64,000 nt of DNA from the IMG/VR virus record IMGVR_UViG_3300039159_000181; one strand, given 5' to 3'. The position numbers and the translations under genes are program-made. Below, piece after piece: positions 37,203 through 49,163 of the stretch. The first letter of the stretch is position 1; every line of letters begins with the position of its first letter. The stretch is from an uncultured virus (IMG/VR IMGVR_UViG_3300039159_000181). Taxonomy: Duplodnaviria; Heunggongvirae; Uroviricota; Caudoviricetes. The notes beneath the pieces were generated by a model. It searched no databases. It was not told the DNA's origin and saw only the letters and a list, made by a program, of their open reading frames with translations.

Positions 37203-39025
37203 TACAGTTCCGCCGATGCTTGAATGAATGGAGTTGTTCCGTTTATGTCTGTCCTAATTGTTCCTGCACTATTGACAGGCGCACCTGAGGCGACGTTAAT
37301 GTCACACGTAATGGTGTTAGTAGTTACCGAACCGAATCCGAAGTTGGTAAGAAGGAGGTTTGCGTTATTGGTAAGCACATGCCAAATGCCGGACGCTGAC
37401 GCGGAGGGGGCTACACGCATGGGTACCGGTAACTGAAAAGCCCCCCAAGCCCGATTGTCTGTCCAAAAGCTTATAGTGACTAGCCCGGCAGCTAAATTGC
37501 CACTCCAGCGGTAGTAGTACCGTTGGCAAGCAGCCAGTTCCGCCTGAAGAGACGGGGCATTACGGCGGAAGGGGGTGGCGGTAGTACCAGCTTCTAGCTG
37601 TACTCCAGTAATGAAGAAGTCCCCCGCAAATGCACCACTGTTGAGGTACGGAACGACTACTAACCCTCTAGCAGTAGACAAAGGCGCTACACCTACGGTG
37701 AAGGTCTGTGAATACCTAACCCAGGCTGAGGTGCTTGCGCCGATGTTTGTCGAATCAAAAACAGGGGTAGCGGCTGTGTACACTCCCTCGGAAAAGGCGA
37801 CAAATAAACCAAGAGTTGCTGCGAGCGATGTTGACGTGCGCGCGAAGAAAGAAACTGTCCAGGTGCTTCCTACAACAAACTCTCCCGCGTTCCCCTGAGC
37901 AGGCAGTTCTATGGCTTGCCGGATAGCGGGATTGCCGGTGGCGTTAGATACTCGTGCCGAGAACGCAATGCCGGGAGGACCGGCCTGCTGGGAGACTGTT
38001 CCGCTGTCGGAGGTAAACCTATCTGCGGTGTATGAGTTGCCAGCAACAACGCTGGTACCTCTCTGCCAAATATCCATTCCACCGTTGATGATGTAGTTCT
38101 GAGATAGGGCAGTGTTGCTGACCTTGGTCACCAGTGCTGTCTGTACTTCAGTGTCAAAGTTGCCAGAACTGGATGCCGCGCAAATAATCCACTTGACTAC
38201 GGTGTACGGCTGGAGGTTGTTATGAGCCTCACCGGAGCCGGTGTTTTGGTTTGTGGCTGTCGTCGCTTGGTTGGTCGCGGTTGCTGCCTGTGTGGGTCCG
38301 TTATAGTCATAGGTCTGCGGGTCAAGTGCTGCAACAGCCCCGCCGCCATCGGCAACTATCCTGTACGCAGTGTTTCGGTGATAACCACCGTGGGTGTGCG
38401 CATTCTGCGTGTGGTTATGGGAGTTCTGGACGTGCGTGTGCGACGGCATCTGCGCCTCGGTCAGCGTGTGCGTCTTTGCGCCACCCACTTCGCCCAGCAC
38501 ATCAAACTCTGTCTGGCTGGCATCATGCCCTACCAGTGTGCGGCCACGGTAGTCCGGCACATTGAAGGTCGTTGTGCCGTTGCCAGCACCATAGCTCGTG
38601 CCGAGCAGTGCAAACAGGCCGGAGTAGGTAGTCCGAGACACCGCCTGCCCCGTGAGCTCCAATGCCCACGAAGGTATAGCGTTAGCGGCCCACGGCGTAA
38701 TAGCACCAAGCTGGAACGAGCCGCTAGTGCCTGATACGGCAACCCACTGGCTAGAATCGTCATCTACATACCGGATATAGGTCTGACCGTCTGTGGAGTC
38801 GAACCAGAGGTCTCCGCTTAGGGAGGTCGCCGGTGCTGTCGGAGAGACCGTGACGCTACTGCTGGCAAAGTAGGATAACGCCGACCACGTAGATACTCCG
38901 TCACCGACTTTAAGCCGCTTGGTGTCGGCCTCGTAGCCCTGCTCACCGCTTGCCAACACGGGGTTAGCGGTGGTCCACTCGGTAGCAGTTCCCTGTCGTA
39001 GTCGAATTGTTGTTTGCGCGGGCAT
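37202..39025 (-). CDS. Tail fibre with Mtd-N-like head, tail-collar domain and CBM-like C-terminus
   Basis: IRLRQGTATEWTTANPVLASGEQGYE; GQAVSRTTYSGLF…TFNVPDYRGR; NYIINGGMDIWQRG…ELAACQRYY. Confidence 0.85.
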   Translation of the reverse strand: MPAQTTIRLRQGTATEWTTANPVLASGEQGYEADTKRLKVGDGVSTWSALSYFASSSVTVSPTAPATSLSGDLWFDSTDGQTYIRYVDDDSSQWVAVSGTSGSFQLGAITPWAANAIPSWALELTGQAVSRTTYSGLFALLGTSYGAGNGTTTFNVPDYRGRTLVGHDASQTEFDVLGEVGGAKTHTLTEAQMPSHTHVQNSHNHTQNAHTHGGYHRNTAYRIVADGGGAVAALDPQTYDYNGPTQAATATNQATTATNQNTGSGEAHNNLQPYTVVKWIICAASSSGNFDTEVQTALVTKVSNTALSQNYIINGGMDIWQRGTSVVAGNSYTADRFTSDSGTVSQQAGPPGIAFSARVSNATGNPAIRQAIELPAQGNAGEFVVGSTWTVSFFARTSTSLAATLGLFVAFSEGVYTAATPVFDSTNIGASTSAWVRYSQTFTVGVAPLSTARGLVVVPYLNSGAFAGDFFITGVQLEAGTTATPFRRNAPSLQAELAACQRYYYRWSGNLAAGLVTISFWTDNRAWGAFQLPVPMRVAPSASASGIWHVLTNNANLLLTNFGFGSVTTNTITCDINVASGAPVNSAGTIRTDINGTTPFIQASAEL

Positions 39026-41670
39026 TACGGTGTCCCTCCGAAAATAGTTGTTGGTCCGTTTTGTATAGCAGTCTGCTGAGCGGTAGAGACGGGCTTGTCC
39101 GCGTCAGAAGTGTTGTCTACATTCGCCAAACCGACATCGGCTTTCGCCAAGACGACAACGCCCTGCCGCCCGGCAACAGAGGTGACCAAATTAGAGCCGG
39201 GAACACCCTGCGGACCCTGCGCTCCGGTAGCTCCCGTAGGCCCTATGGGGCCGGTATCTCCCGTCGGGCCGGTTGCTCCGATTGGCCCTACAGGACCTGC
39301 AACGGTGGAATCTGCCCCAGCAGCTCCGGTAGCTCCGGTAGCTCCGGTGTCTCCGGTAGCTCCGGTATCTCCAACAGGTCCGACAGGGCCGACAGGGCCG
39401 ACGATTCCCTGCTCTCCGGTAGCGCCGATAGGGCCGATAGGACCGATGACTCCCTGCGCCCCGGTGTTTCCGGTAGCTCCGGTGGCTCCAACGGGGACAC
39501 CGAAGGCCAAGGTTCTTGCTTCTGGCGTACCGCCCAACGTTATGGTAGGAGCAGCGCCTACAGCCAGACTGGTAGCTGTTGCTGACGTGATAGTTCCTGA
39601 GGGACCTGTTGCACCAACGGCTCCCGTTGCGCCGGTGAGCCCCTGTGCGCCAGTAGCTCCGACAGGGACACCGATAGACAGCGTGCGCGCTTCCGGCGTA
39701 CCGCCCAAGGTAATAGTGGGGGTAGCGCCAACGGCCAGTCCCGTCGCTGTTGCAGAAGTAATTGTCCCCGAGGGGCCAGTGGCTCCTGTGTTACCGGTGA
39801 CGCCGATAGGTCCCGTTGCGCCAATAGGGATACCAAAGGCGAATGTGCGTGCTTCCGCCGTCCCGCCCAGGGTGACAGTGGGCGTAGCACCGGCACTAAG
39901 GGGAGTGCTGGTGGCTCCGGTGATAGTGCCTGAAGGCCCCACGGGTCCGGGGACCGTAGAGGCTGCTCCCTGCGCTCCGGTAGCTCCGGTGGCTCCGGTT
40001 GTTCCCGTTGCGCCGACGGGTCCTTGGGGACCTGTCGCGCCGCCCGCGACGGCAACGACATAGCGGCCCACGAGGTAGGGCTGGAGGTTGTTGTGTGCTT
40101 CGCCTAGGCCTGCGCCGTTCACTGTTACCGAGTGAGAGTGGTCTCCTGTGCCGTTCACTGTCACCGAGTGAGCGTGGTCACCTGTGCCGTTCACTGTTAC
40201 CGAGTGAGAGTGGTCTCCCACGCCGTCCACTGTCACCGAGTGAGAGTGGTTGCCCTGGCTATCGGTGCGTATGTTGCGCGAGCCAGAACCGCCTCCCCAC
40301 GATTCCGCAAAGGCACCAGCACCCGAGCCACCCGCGTTGATGTTGTCAACCCGGTGAGTGTGCGCTCCAGCATTGCCAGTAGAGGCAGTGTGTCCGTGAG
40401 CGCCAGCGGCACCGCTAGACGCACCGTGAGTGTGCGCTCCAGCATTGCCAGTAGAGGCAGTGTGTCCGTGAGCGCCAGCGGCACCACTAGAGGCAACGTG
40501 AGTGTGAGCGGCAAGCTGTGCCTCGGTCAGCGTGTGCGTTTTCGCACCGCCGGTTTCGCCCAGCGCGTTGAACTCTGCCTGGGCCGTATCTTGACCGACA
40601 AACACCCTCCCACGGGCATCCGGCAGAATCAGGTTTGCCCCCGATACCCAGGCGGGGTAGATAGCCGCCAGTTCTGGATAGAGGGCTACACCGCCGGTAA
40701 TTGTCTGGCCCTCCAGCGCCAACACCGCTGGAGACAACACAGCGCTGAACCACAAGAAAATGGAGCCGATAATCATGCCCCTGCCGAGGGCCGCAGGAAC
40801 CCAAGAGTTTCCGTTGTATATCAGGGAGTCGTTCGCTGCCGCGGTGGCGGTAGCGACATCCGAGAGGGAGTCCAAGGTAATCGCCGGAAGGCGGGCGGAG
40901 CTGAAGACCCCGGTGGTGATGTCTCCTGCGCCGAGGGTTACTGCAGGACCGGCGTTGCCGTTGACGGATGTAACCCCGCCTACCGGAGTAAGGAGCTCTT
41001 TCCAGTTGGACAGAGTCGTCGCAGGGGACGCCGCCAGCACAAAGCTTCGGGTGACATCGGTGCGGATAGCAAGGTCACCCTTTTGTGCTGTCAATGACAG
41101 CATTGCTGCTTGGCTGGCAATAACGAAGGTGTCGTTGATGGCGATAGCCGGGAGGATGGACTCTAGGTCGCTGCTGCCCCACTCACCGGTGGCACTGTTG
41201 TAGCGCAGCACATCGTTGTTTGCGGGGGCCGGTACCGCCACGTCGGCAAGGTCATCAAGCTCGTTGGGCGGGAGTGGCGGCGGCGGCGGCGGCGGCGGTA
41301 GTGGTGGCAACTGCCGAGACTCCCAGTGACCGGTGACCGCATCGTAGGTCAGTACGTGTCCTTCAGCGGGCACGCCGGTCTCAACGTCAGAGAGGTCATC
41401 TAAGACAATGACGCGTGAATCTCGTGTCCCAAAGGTCCCTGTCCACAGGGGGTAGGAGGGGTCGCCGCCCTCGAACTCTATCCAGACACCGCCGCCGAGG
41501 TTTGGGATTACCAGGGGCAATCCCGCGGTCTGCTTGGGTGAAATCCAGCCGGTAGTGCTGGTGCCAAAGACCTTCGGCACCTGCGCTTGAATGCGCCCCG
41601 CGTTCAGTGGGTCGCGGGTGCTGACCACTACACCACGGTAGGGTCCGTAGAGCCTTTTTGGCGCGTTCAT
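39025..41670 (-). CDS. Baseplate spike (gp5/gpV OB-fold) fused to collar, His-repeat and collagen-like fibre
   Basis: YRGVVV…DP…GRIQAQVP…[15 protein letters not shown]; poly-Pro; HxH repeats; Gly-X-Y repeats. Confidence 0.85.
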   Translation of the reverse strand: MNAPKRLYGPYRGVVVSTRDPLNAGRIQAQVPKVFGTSTTGWISPKQTAGLPLVIPNLGGGVWIEFEGGDPSYPLWTGTFGTRDSRVIVLDDLSDVETGVPAEGHVLTYDAVTGHWESRQLPPLPPPPPPPPLPPNELDDLADVAVPAPANNDVLRYNSATGEWGSSDLESILPAIAINDTFVIASQAAMLSLTAQKGDLAIRTDVTRSFVLAASPATTLSNWKELLTPVGGVTSVNGNAGPAVTLGAGDITTGVFSSARLPAITLDSLSDVATATAAANDSLIYNGNSWVPAALGRGMIIGSIFLWFSAVLSPAVLALEGQTITGGVALYPELAAIYPAWVSGANLILPDARGRVFVGQDTAQAEFNALGETGGAKTHTLTEAQLAAHTHVASSGAAGAHGHTASTGNAGAHTHGASSGAAGAHGHTASTGNAGAHTHRVDNINAGGSGAGAFAESWGGGSGSRNIRTDSQGNHSHSVTVDGVGDHSHSVTVNGTGDHAHSVTVNGTGDHSHSVTVNGAGLGEAHNNLQPYLVGRYVVAVAGGATGPQGPVGATGTTGATGATGAQGAASTVPGPVGPSGTITGATSTPLSAGATPTVTLGGTAEARTFAFGIPIGATGPIGVTGNTGATGPSGTITSATATGLAVGATPTITLGGTPEARTLSIGVPVGATGAQGLTGATGAVGATGPSGTITSATATSLAVGAAPTITLGGTPEARTLAFGVPVGATGATGNTGAQGVIGPIGPIGATGEQGIVGPVGPVGPVGDTGATGDTGATGATGAAGADSTVAGPVGPIGATGPTGDTGPIGPTGATGAQGPQGVPGSNLVTSVAGRQGVVVLAKADVGLANVDNTSDADKPVSTAQQTAIQNGPTTIFGGTP

Positions 41671-41672
41671 AG

Positions 41673-43535
41673 TTAGGCCTTGACGACTGTGATGCGGTAA
41701 CTGTTTCGCGTCACGCCATCCTGGGCCACAACGACAACGGTCACAACCGTTGTCGCGGTGGGGAGGAGTACTGGTTGGGCTACCCCTGAGGTAGCAACAG
41801 TTGGGGGCAAGATGCCGACACCGATAGTTGTCCGCGAGTTAGCGCTGGCCGCTACCGTGACATTGACCGTTGTCGCCCCTGCGGCTACAAGCAGGGTGTA
41901 GTTAAAGAACTCTGCACTGAAGGCAGGGGAGAGGGTTCCGCTGCTCGGGGTCAGCTGGGTGATGCTGGCCTCGCCGCTTGCGGGAATAATCTCCAGCTCT
42001 GATGGGTCGAAGTAGAAGAGTTCTCCCGGCTGTGCCACCAGGATGTCACGCGCATCCGATGCCCCGCGGTGGAGCGCCGTCACCTGGACGTTGGTTGCCC
42101 CCGGGACTTCGCGCAAAACTGCCTCTACCTGTTCGGGGTAGATGGTGGCATTGAAGTCGGAGTTGATGTAGGAGAAGGCATCCAGCAACCGCACCTGAAG
42201 GGCACCGCTTACCTCGGCGCTGGAGAACCCCGCCGCGCGGGTGTACAGCACGCTACAGCTAATGTCGATGTAGGTCGGGGGGCTCACGGTGACTGTTGCA
42301 CCAATCTGCCGCCGCGGCTCAAGGACATCTTCAATCGCGCCGCGGAGGTTTGGCCACTCCAACGTCAGCGCAGACTTGTCCGCGTTGTACAGGGGGTAGG
42401 CATCGCCCACTGCGGTCGTTCGTACGGGGGCAGCAAACACTGTGATGGAGGCAAAGGTGCTCGCCACGGCGCTCGCCTTAGCGACGTTGGCTGCGCGGAA
42501 CGTCAGTGAGCCGTAATCGCGGAGGGTCACTGCTCGGTCATTAGTTTTGACGGACTGCTCAGCGGCGGCGCGAATGACCCCGACACTGTCCGGGTCACTG
42601 CCGCCGACACCCACGCCGGGATTTGTAAAGGTGAGAACTCCCGCCAGGCTAAACACTTGGTTATCTGTCATTCCCGGGATTCGTACTAAGGTACTCAGGG
42701 TGTTGCTGGGGATGTTGCCGCGCACCCCACCACCGACTGTGTACTGCGCCTTGATGGCGGCAAAAGCGGTGGGGATAGCACCCGACACCCCATCGCCAAA
42801 AATGACACTGACCCGGTTTTCGGAGTCGACCACAACAGAGTAGGCGGGGTCGGTCGGCCCGGCATCGGGCAAGAAAGAACTCACAGCCCAGATGCCGTAC
42901 GAGTCCCCGTACTGCACAAATACTCTCAGACTGTCAAGTGCTACTTCCGTCTCCTGCAGGAAGAACCGCTGAGAGGGCTCCCCGTTTGAAACTCCAAGGG
43001 TCTCAGCTGCAATGTCGGTGCTTGCTGCATTTGCTGCTAAAGGATACCGAGAAGAGATGGCTTCACCGTGAAAGGCAAGGACGGAAGCAGTGCCGTTAGC
43101 GGGCACCGTGGCCGAGGCGGAGGTAGTAAACACCACGCTTTCAACGGCATCTCCGACAAGATAGTTGCCGGAGATTTCAGCTCCCGCGGGGAGTTCTACT
43201 GCTTGGTCGCTTTGGCTGGTAACCCGGACAGTGCAAAACGCCGAAGAGAAACCGTTGGGGGTGTACCCCGCAGAAGCGGCGAGCGCCAAAATGCTGGAGC
43301 GCTGAGTCGCTGTCAGGAGAGAGCCCTCGTTAGCGACGCGGTCGGTGTAGTAGCCCAGGACGTCTCCGACGTACGAGAAGGCCTCGACGAGGGCTAGAGC
43401 AAAGTCTGCGGGGTCATTGCCAAACCAGCTGCCCACTCGCGCGCGGACGCGCTCGATGAGGTCTTCGCGCAGGGAGAAGAAGTCTCGGCTGGTGTAGTCG
43501 ATGGCTACCGGGCTGGAAAAGTCTGAAATGCTCAC
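41673..43535 (-). CDS. Baseplate J-like wedge protein
   Basis: [33 protein letters not shown]. Confidence 0.9.
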   Translation of the reverse strand: MSISDFSSPVAIDYTSRDFFSLREDLIERVRARVGSWFGNDPADFALALVEAFSYVGDVLGYYTDRVANEGSLLTATQRSSILALAASAGYTPNGFSSAFCTVRVTSQSDQAVELPAGAEISGNYLVGDAVESVVFTTSASATVPANGTASVLAFHGEAISSRYPLAANAASTDIAAETLGVSNGEPSQRFFLQETEVALDSLRVFVQYGDSYGIWAVSSFLPDAGPTDPAYSVVVDSENRVSVIFGDGVSGAIPTAFAAIKAQYTVGGGVRGNIPSNTLSTLVRIPGMTDNQVFSLAGVLTFTNPGVGVGGSDPDSVGVIRAAAEQSVKTNDRAVTLRDYGSLTFRAANVAKASAVASTFASITVFAAPVRTTAVGDAYPLYNADKSALTLEWPNLRGAIEDVLEPRRQIGATVTVSPPTYIDISCSVLYTRAAGFSSAEVSGALQVRLLDAFSYINSDFNATIYPEQVEAVLREVPGATNVQVTALHRGASDARDILVAQPGELFYFDPSELEIIPASGEASITQLTPSSGTLSPAFSAEFFNYTLLVAAGATTVNVTVAASANSRTTIGVGILPPTVATSGVAQPVLLPTATTVVTVVVVAQDGVTRNSYRITVVKA

Positions 43536-43948
43536 GCGGGTCCCTCGCTAGGTGGTGAGATTCCGTCGATGAGGAGGGAACCGATTGATGTGGTGACAGT
43601 GTCCTGGTTAGGGAGCTGATACGAAATTGCGACGAGAGTCTGTTTTGCTAACTCATCCCAGACCACCTCGACGGAGTCCAAGGTGAGGGCCGGAAGCAAC
43701 CCGGAAAAGGTTCGTCCCACCTCGTCTTTGATGGCGGTCTCGTTTACCTGCCCCCCGTCAAACACCATCTCTGCGAGTCGGGAACCGTACGCCATCCGAG
43801 AAAACCGCTCTCCTTTTCGGGTAAGCAGTGCCGCGCGCACTCGTTGGTCCCAAATCTGCTCGGGAGAGACTGCTTCGTTCGCCACTAGCCGAGAAGAGAA
43901 CCGAAAAGGGAAGCCCAGGGCGCGCTCACCGCTGACGTTTACAGCCAT
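43532..43948 (-). CDS. gp25/gpW-like baseplate protein
   Basis: LGFPF…LLTRKGER…YGS. Confidence 0.85.
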   Translation of the reverse strand: MAVNVSGERALGFPFRFSSRLVANEAVSPEQIWDQRVRAALLTRKGERFSRMAYGSRLAEMVFDGGQVNETAIKDEVGRTFSGLLPALTLDSVEVVWDELAKQTLVAISYQLPNQDTVTTSIGSLLIDGISPPSEGPA

Positions 43949-43961
43949 AGTCGTGCCTTCC

Positions 43962-45227
43962 TTAGTCTGCTATCCATTGTCCTGGACTTGTCGGTCGGTT
44001 TGTGGCGGTAATAGAGGTGCTTAATACCCGAATGGGGGCCTTAAGAACTGTTCCTGCTAACGGCTTATTGCCTATAGACGCCAGCCTAGAACGGATGTCC
44101 ACCTGTGCCTTGTTATGCTCAAACTTTCTCCGGAAGGTGCTTCCTGCGTTATTGCCTAAGCCGTCGGTGAGCAACTGCGCATCGACGGTGTACAGCCCGC
44201 TGAGGTCGATACGGTGGTGGGCTTCTGCAACTGCCCAGTAGCCGTCCGTACTGTTGCCGGTGCCGGACACCAGAACAGTGGAGTAGACCCCCACCCGTGG
44301 GTCTCCAAAGCCCTTAAGGTTCGCTGTCGTTGTGAGCCGCACCCGCTGTGCCGCATCCTGCGCGGCGCGGTCTGCTTCCTGCTGGTTGCCGACTGTTTCT
44401 TCTGTTTCATACCCGGCAAACCACGTATCAGAAAGGCCAGCTCGTATGGGGGAGCCGACCTCTTGGGGAAAACTTTCCTGCTGGATGACTTCTCTGCTCG
44501 CCAGGTCCACGGTAGCTACCGACTTACTGGTGCGGGGCTCTTCGACAGCTTCGGAGTAGTCCCCCTGTAGAACTTGGAAAGAGTCCAGTGTCCGTGCGCG
44601 GAGGTTGCGCAGCCCACTGTTGATGAGGTTTCCATCAAGCGAGTACAGCGGGACGTAGCTCATGCGACTGTCCAGGGTCCGGTCGATGCTTTGGAAGAGA
44701 AGATTTGCCCCTTCCACAATGGCGATATAGCCGATGCGGGCGGCTTGCGCTTGAATCCACTGCCAGTAACTTTCCCCCGAAATAGACAGCTGGTTAAAAA
44801 CGCGGGGATGCGGCTCTCCCACGAAGTTCAAGCCAAGCTCTTTAGCGATGACGCCTACTGCATCGGGGATGGAGGTGTTAGAAAAGACGCGTGTCCCGCG
44901 GTTTTTGAGGGGGAAGGATGAGCCGATGCAGTAGATTTTGGTGGGCCGCTTTAGCTGCGCGGCGTTGACCTGCGAGGTGAAGTTGACGTAGCCGGTCCAA
45001 CGGAGGGTGCTTTCTCCGTTGGACAGCAGCAGCACAATGGGAGTTCCAGTGGTCAGCAGGTTGCCCCACACGGGGCGGTAGTTAGGGAAGGTCAGCACCG
45101 CGATGTCGTGCTGACCCACAGCTTGATGTAGCTCCAAGATGCTGGGCCGCGCGGTGAGCGAGGGGACAGTGGGTAGCTCGACAGAGTACTGTCCACTAAA
45201 CCGATACGCGTTCCCGGACTTAAGCAT
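43962..45227 (-). CDS. Baseplate hub (gp27/gpD-like)
   Basis: WTGYV; ESYWQW…A; GDPRV…GYW.V…H; gene position. Confidence 0.8.
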   Translation of the reverse strand: MLKSGNAYRFSGQYSVELPTVPSLTARPSILELHQAVGQHDIAVLTFPNYRPVWGNLLTTGTPIVLLLSNGESTLRWTGYVNFTSQVNAAQLKRPTKIYCIGSSFPLKNRGTRVFSNTSIPDAVGVIAKELGLNFVGEPHPRVFNQLSISGESYWQWIQAQAARIGYIAIVEGANLLFQSIDRTLDSRMSYVPLYSLDGNLINSGLRNLRARTLDSFQVLQGDYSEAVEEPRTSKSVATVDLASREVIQQESFPQEVGSPIRAGLSDTWFAGYETEETVGNQQEADRAAQDAAQRVRLTTTANLKGFGDPRVGVYSTVLVSGTGNSTDGYWAVAEAHHRIDLSGLYTVDAQLLTDGLGNNAGSTFRRKFEHNKAQVDIRSRLASIGNKPLAGTVLKAPIRVLSTSITATNRPTSPGQWIAD

Positions 45228-45498
45228 TAGCCGGAATCCGCAACTGAGTGCCGGGAGTGATAACCATGGGGTTGAGGATTTCAGGGTTGTAATCCATAAT
45301 GCGCCACCATAGGTCGCCATTACCCATTAGCTCAAGTGCGACCTGGTCGATGCGGTCGGCGCTTTTCCAGACGTAGAAGAAGAACTCCCCCTCCACGCGG
45401 GGAAATGCGCGCGGCACGGTGACGTCGTACTGCCGCTTCCTGGCGTTGTACGACAAAAACACCGGGCTAGTGACGTACCGGCTGTCGCTCATAATCAT
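45220..45498 (-). CDS. LysM/tail-X-like baseplate protein
   Basis: DRIDQVA…WWRIMDYNPEI…PGTQLRIP. Confidence 0.85.
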   Translation of the reverse strand: MIMSDSRYVTSPVFLSYNARKRQYDVTVPRAFPRVEGEFFFYVWKSADRIDQVALELMGNGDLWWRIMDYNPEILNPMVITPGTQLRIPANA

Positions 45499-45516
45499 GG
45501 TTATCTCCTCTACTTA

Positions 45517-46806
45517 CTAGACGACGTATTGGCCCCCGCGGCCAGTTCGGGGTGACGAGGCGGGCTGCGAGCTGGGTGGCGCGGGGGAGGCGGGGTCGCG
45601 CGTTGTGACACCCGTTGCTCCGCTATCGCCGGAGTTTGCATAGTCGGGGATTCGGTTAAACGTCAAACTCAGTGTGGTGAAGGTTGGCACCATTCGCTCA
45701 TTGAAGATAATGTGCCGGAGGGACGCTCCCTGGGTCATTGCTAGGTACTTCAGCGACCTCCCTAAAAAGAGCTCCACCGGGTGTCCGCCAATCCAGCCAA
45801 GGTCGGCAGTGTTGCCGCGGAACTGGGTACCGGCACGGAACCCGAGGATGCTACTGAGTAGGAACTCAACGTCGTACATTGTGCCGCGGTTATAGATTTG
45901 CTCTTGGTCTTTAAAGGTCGGTGTCTGGGGAGAGTAGAGGCTTTGTGGCGAGTCGAAGCGTAGTCGCCCCGCCGGGGTGTAATACTGCATGTCAAAAACG
46001 CGGTTCAGAATGAGCTGAAACGTAATGCTGGCCTGAGAGACCTGCGAGCCGACGAGGTTGAACACATCCTCGCCGGAGCCGACATATCCCACGTCAATGT
46101 CTGGGATTCCGGCGTAGGTCATGTCGATGCTGCCGGGGTTGTAGTGGAACTGGAAGCCGTATCGCTCCTGCGTGTTGGTTTTAACGTCGCGGGGCAGCGA
46201 GGCGTTGAAGTTGTAGCTACTCAGGTTGTCTCGCGGAACGAAGGACTGAATGATGCCCTTGTTTCCGGCACTGGTTTCCCACAGCTGTTCAGCCTGTTGG
46301 ATTACCCGCGGTCGGTTGTTGGTCTGCAGGTTAAAGGTATTGGAAAATGAAGCCAGTGGGCTGAAGTAGGCCTCGGTGACCATTCCTACGTTTTGTATTC
46401 TCTGGTTTCCGTCTTTCCTCGTAATCGGCGTACCCGTTGACGGCGGGGGGTTGCCTCCGCTGAGATTGCTCCCTGTTCGATTGTCTACCTGGACGTTTTG
46501 AGCCTGGTTAATACCGCCAAGAAGCGGCCTCCGCTCCTCTACCAGCGCGCGCATACGTGACTCCCACACATCGCGCAGTGCCCTCACTGCCGTAATTTCC
46601 CGGCCTTGGGTGCCAACGGTGGCAGGAACGACCTTATATTTTGTGAAGTACCCACGCTCAAGAAAAAGTGTAAAGGTGGCAGCGATGGTCGGGCGGGTTA
46701 TCGCCAGTAGCGCGCGGAACACTTCGATGGCGGCGTTTAATGTCGCAATTCTCGCGAAGCTGCCGGTGGTGTTAAGTCCGGTCTGGTCGATTCTGTCAGG
46801 CAACAT
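45517..46806 (-). CDS. Tail tube initiator-like baseplate protein
   Basis: FQFHYNP…; located after the tape measure gene. Confidence 0.6.
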   Translation of the reverse strand: MLPDRIDQTGLNTTGSFARIATLNAAIEVFRALLAITRPTIAATFTLFLERGYFTKYKVVPATVGTQGREITAVRALRDVWESRMRALVEERRPLLGGINQAQNVQVDNRTGSNLSGGNPPPSTGTPITRKDGNQRIQNVGMVTEAYFSPLASFSNTFNLQTNNRPRVIQQAEQLWETSAGNKGIIQSFVPRDNLSSYNFNASLPRDVKTNTQERYGFQFHYNPGSIDMTYAGIPDIDVGYVGSGEDVFNLVGSQVSQASITFQLILNRVFDMQYYTPAGRLRFDSPQSLYSPQTPTFKDQEQIYNRGTMYDVEFLLSSILGFRAGTQFRGNTADLGWIGGHPVELFLGRSLKYLAMTQGASLRHIIFNERMVPTFTTLSLTFNRIPDYANSGDSGATGVTTRDPASPAPPSSQPASSPRTGRGGQYVV

Positions 46807-49163
46807 TAGTGGCGTCCCATCCGGCTCATCATTGCGTCCTCTTCGATATATTCTTTGACTTTGCTGGCAAGCTTGCGAGCCTCTGATTCGGAGGCGCTGG
46901 CGACAGTGACATTGATAGTCACGTTGGCTCCTCCGCCACTGCTGTGAAGACCCAGCTGCTGCTGGCGGTAGGCCCGCGCATCCGACTCGTTGAGGATTGC
47001 CTCCCCCGCATGGACATTGACGGGACCATCTTGCGCAACGTAAGAGTCGCCGTTTTTAGCGCGCGGCACCCCCGGCATGTAGGTCGAGGGCGAGCGCCGT
47101 TGGCCGGTTCTACTTCCCAGAGAAACGCCGCTGTTGTTGTCGCCGGTTCCGCTGTCCCTACGCCGAAACCCGAAGGTCTCCAAGGTGGCAAGTTGTTCTG
47201 TAACCAAGGAGGTGAGGTCCTGGTTGATGGGAAGCAGCCCGCTACCGCTCATTTTAGTAGCGGAAGGCATCCCTGATTTGAGGCTGTTTTCTGCACTCGC
47301 GGAGTCCGCGGCTCCGGCGGCAGTGCCGCCCGCGGTTCCATCGCCAACGGTTTGAGACCCGTTGAGAACAGCCATCGGGTCAACATGCGCACCGTCTTTA
47401 GTGACTTCAATGTGAAGGTGCGCCCCGCTCGACGAGCCGGTGTTTCCGACTTTTCCGATGACTGCGCCCTTTTTGACCTTCTGCTTATTAGAAACAGAGG
47501 TCTGCGACATGTGAGCGTAGAGGCTGGTGTAGCCATTCTGGTGGTCTATTTTCACGAACTTGCCGTAGCCGACCCGTCCACTGTCACCCACGGTGACAAC
47601 TACTCCGTCGGCAATAGCCTGGATAGGGGTTCCCTCTCGGGCACCGATGTCGGTTCCCTTGTGGTGCGTTTTCCGACCGGTTAGGGGGTGAGTTCGCATG
47701 CCGAAACCAGAAGTCACTGCTCCGGGGGTAGGCGTGGCCCACGCTGACGCATCGCCCTTTGCTGCTGCGGCGGTAGTGGTTCCTCCCGCATTGCGGTTAC
47801 TCACGTCCCCGCTGCCAATTCCAAACGCGCCCCCCGCGGAGCTCGTACCGAGGGTAGCCGCCCCCAGCGACAGGGTGCTGTTGTTGTCTCCAACGCCGAC
47901 CGCCGCTTGGGAGGCTACCCCCAGGGACAGGAGGCTGTTGTTGTCTCCAATACCACCCGCCGCCCGGGAAGATACCCCCAGGGATACACGACTGTTGTTG
48001 TCTCCGGTTACAGCTCGGACAGCCGGTCCCAGCGTGGGGTCACTCCGCAGAAAGCTGGTCGCGAAGCCGATGCTTGCAAAGAAGTCAATGATTTGTTTAA
48101 GTCCGGGCGTCTCGGAGAGCTTCAGAAATATATCTGCTGCCATGCTGGCGGCTTTGTCCATCTCATTAATGCTGTTCAGGTACGAGTCCATCTGACCGGC
48201 CATCTGGGCGGTCTTGTCAGTAGCTTGCCGGTTGTACGCCAAGCTGGGGTTCAGGTCGGCATTACTGTCCGCCTGCGCGCGTGTCATACCGGTGTTTGTC
48301 AGGTCCATCGACTTTCCACCGGCGTCCGAGATGAGGCTTGCGCGCACCATCTCCTGCATATTGGCGTCGAGGCCAAGGCCTTTAAGGCTTGCGCCTAACC
48401 CACCTCGGTAGAAAGAGTCATTGACGCCCTTCTCCGTGAGGGGTCCTTTGCCGGTGTACAGTCGGCTTTTAATCTGCTCGATAATGTCCGTTGTGCTGAG
48501 TTGCTCGCCGGTGGAGGGGTCGGAAGTGTAGATGCCGAGCTGACGCATCATGTTGGCGGAGCCTGCGCCACTGGATAACTGCAGGGCAGATTGCTGAGCA
48601 TCTTCGGGGTCCAGCCCCAGGAGTGCCGAGGCGTTCCCTCCCAGGCGCATTGTTTCTTTCCCGAAGCGTCCCGTAGGGTCCACTCCGTAGTTGACCTGCT
48701 GCTGCGCCATCATTGCGTCCTGCCCCGCGTACTGCATACCCCCCGTCCCACTGAGGTTTGTAAACGCGGCCTCTTGCACCTGCGCCATCGTGGCCCCACG
48801 ACCCGTGCGGATAGCGCTGGAGTAGAGCCGCGCGGCGTACGCGGACTGCTCGTTGTTGGACCCGCTAGCTTCAATGACGGCATTGCCAAAGCGTGCTGCG
48901 ACGTCGACTACCCCCCCGAGAACCTCGCCTGTGCGACCAGGAACCATGCTGGCGGCACCTTGGGCTACGCCCGCGACAGCGCCGTAGAGGTTACCCCCCT
49001 GCGCACCGGACTGGACCATAGCCAGCGCCCCGGTCATGGAATTGCCGCCGCCGCCGCTGCCAAAGCGGGAACCACTGTCCAGAGACTTGTCTATCTTCTG
49101 CAGGACTGTTGCCAAGCTCTCGGCTTGCGCCAAGACCTTAGTCAGGTTATCCATCAAGCTCAT
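46806..49163 (-). CDS. Tape measure protein with M23 peptidase domain
   Basis: Ala/Gly-rich; HKGTDIG…YAHM…GNTGSSSGAHLHIEV. Confidence 0.85.
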   Translation of the reverse strand: MSLMDNLTKVLAQAESLATVLQKIDKSLDSGSRFGSGGGGNSMTGALAMVQSGAQGGNLYGAVAGVAQGAASMVPGRTGEVLGGVVDVAARFGNAVIEASGSNNEQSAYAARLYSSAIRTGRGATMAQVQEAAFTNLSGTGGMQYAGQDAMMAQQQVNYGVDPTGRFGKETMRLGGNASALLGLDPEDAQQSALQLSSGAGSANMMRQLGIYTSDPSTGEQLSTTDIIEQIKSRLYTGKGPLTEKGVNDSFYRGGLGASLKGLGLDANMQEMVRASLISDAGGKSMDLTNTGMTRAQADSNADLNPSLAYNRQATDKTAQMAGQMDSYLNSINEMDKAASMAADIFLKLSETPGLKQIIDFFASIGFATSFLRSDPTLGPAVRAVTGDNNSRVSLGVSSRAAGGIGDNNSLLSLGVASQAAVGVGDNNSTLSLGAATLGTSSAGGAFGIGSGDVSNRNAGGTTTAAAAKGDASAWATPTPGAVTSGFGMRTHPLTGRKTHHKGTDIGAREGTPIQAIADGVVVTVGDSGRVGYGKFVKIDHQNGYTSLYAHMSQTSVSNKQKVKKGAVIGKVGNTGSSSGAHLHIEVTKDGAHVDPMAVLNGSQTVGDGTAGGTAAGAADSASAENSLKSGMPSATKMSGSGLLPINQDLTSLVTEQLATLETFGFRRRDSGTGDNNSGVSLGSRTGQRRSPSTYMPGVPRAKNGDSYVAQDGPVNVHAGEAILNESDARAYRQQQLGLHSSGGGANVTINVTVASASESEARKLASKVKEYIEEDAMMSRMGRH

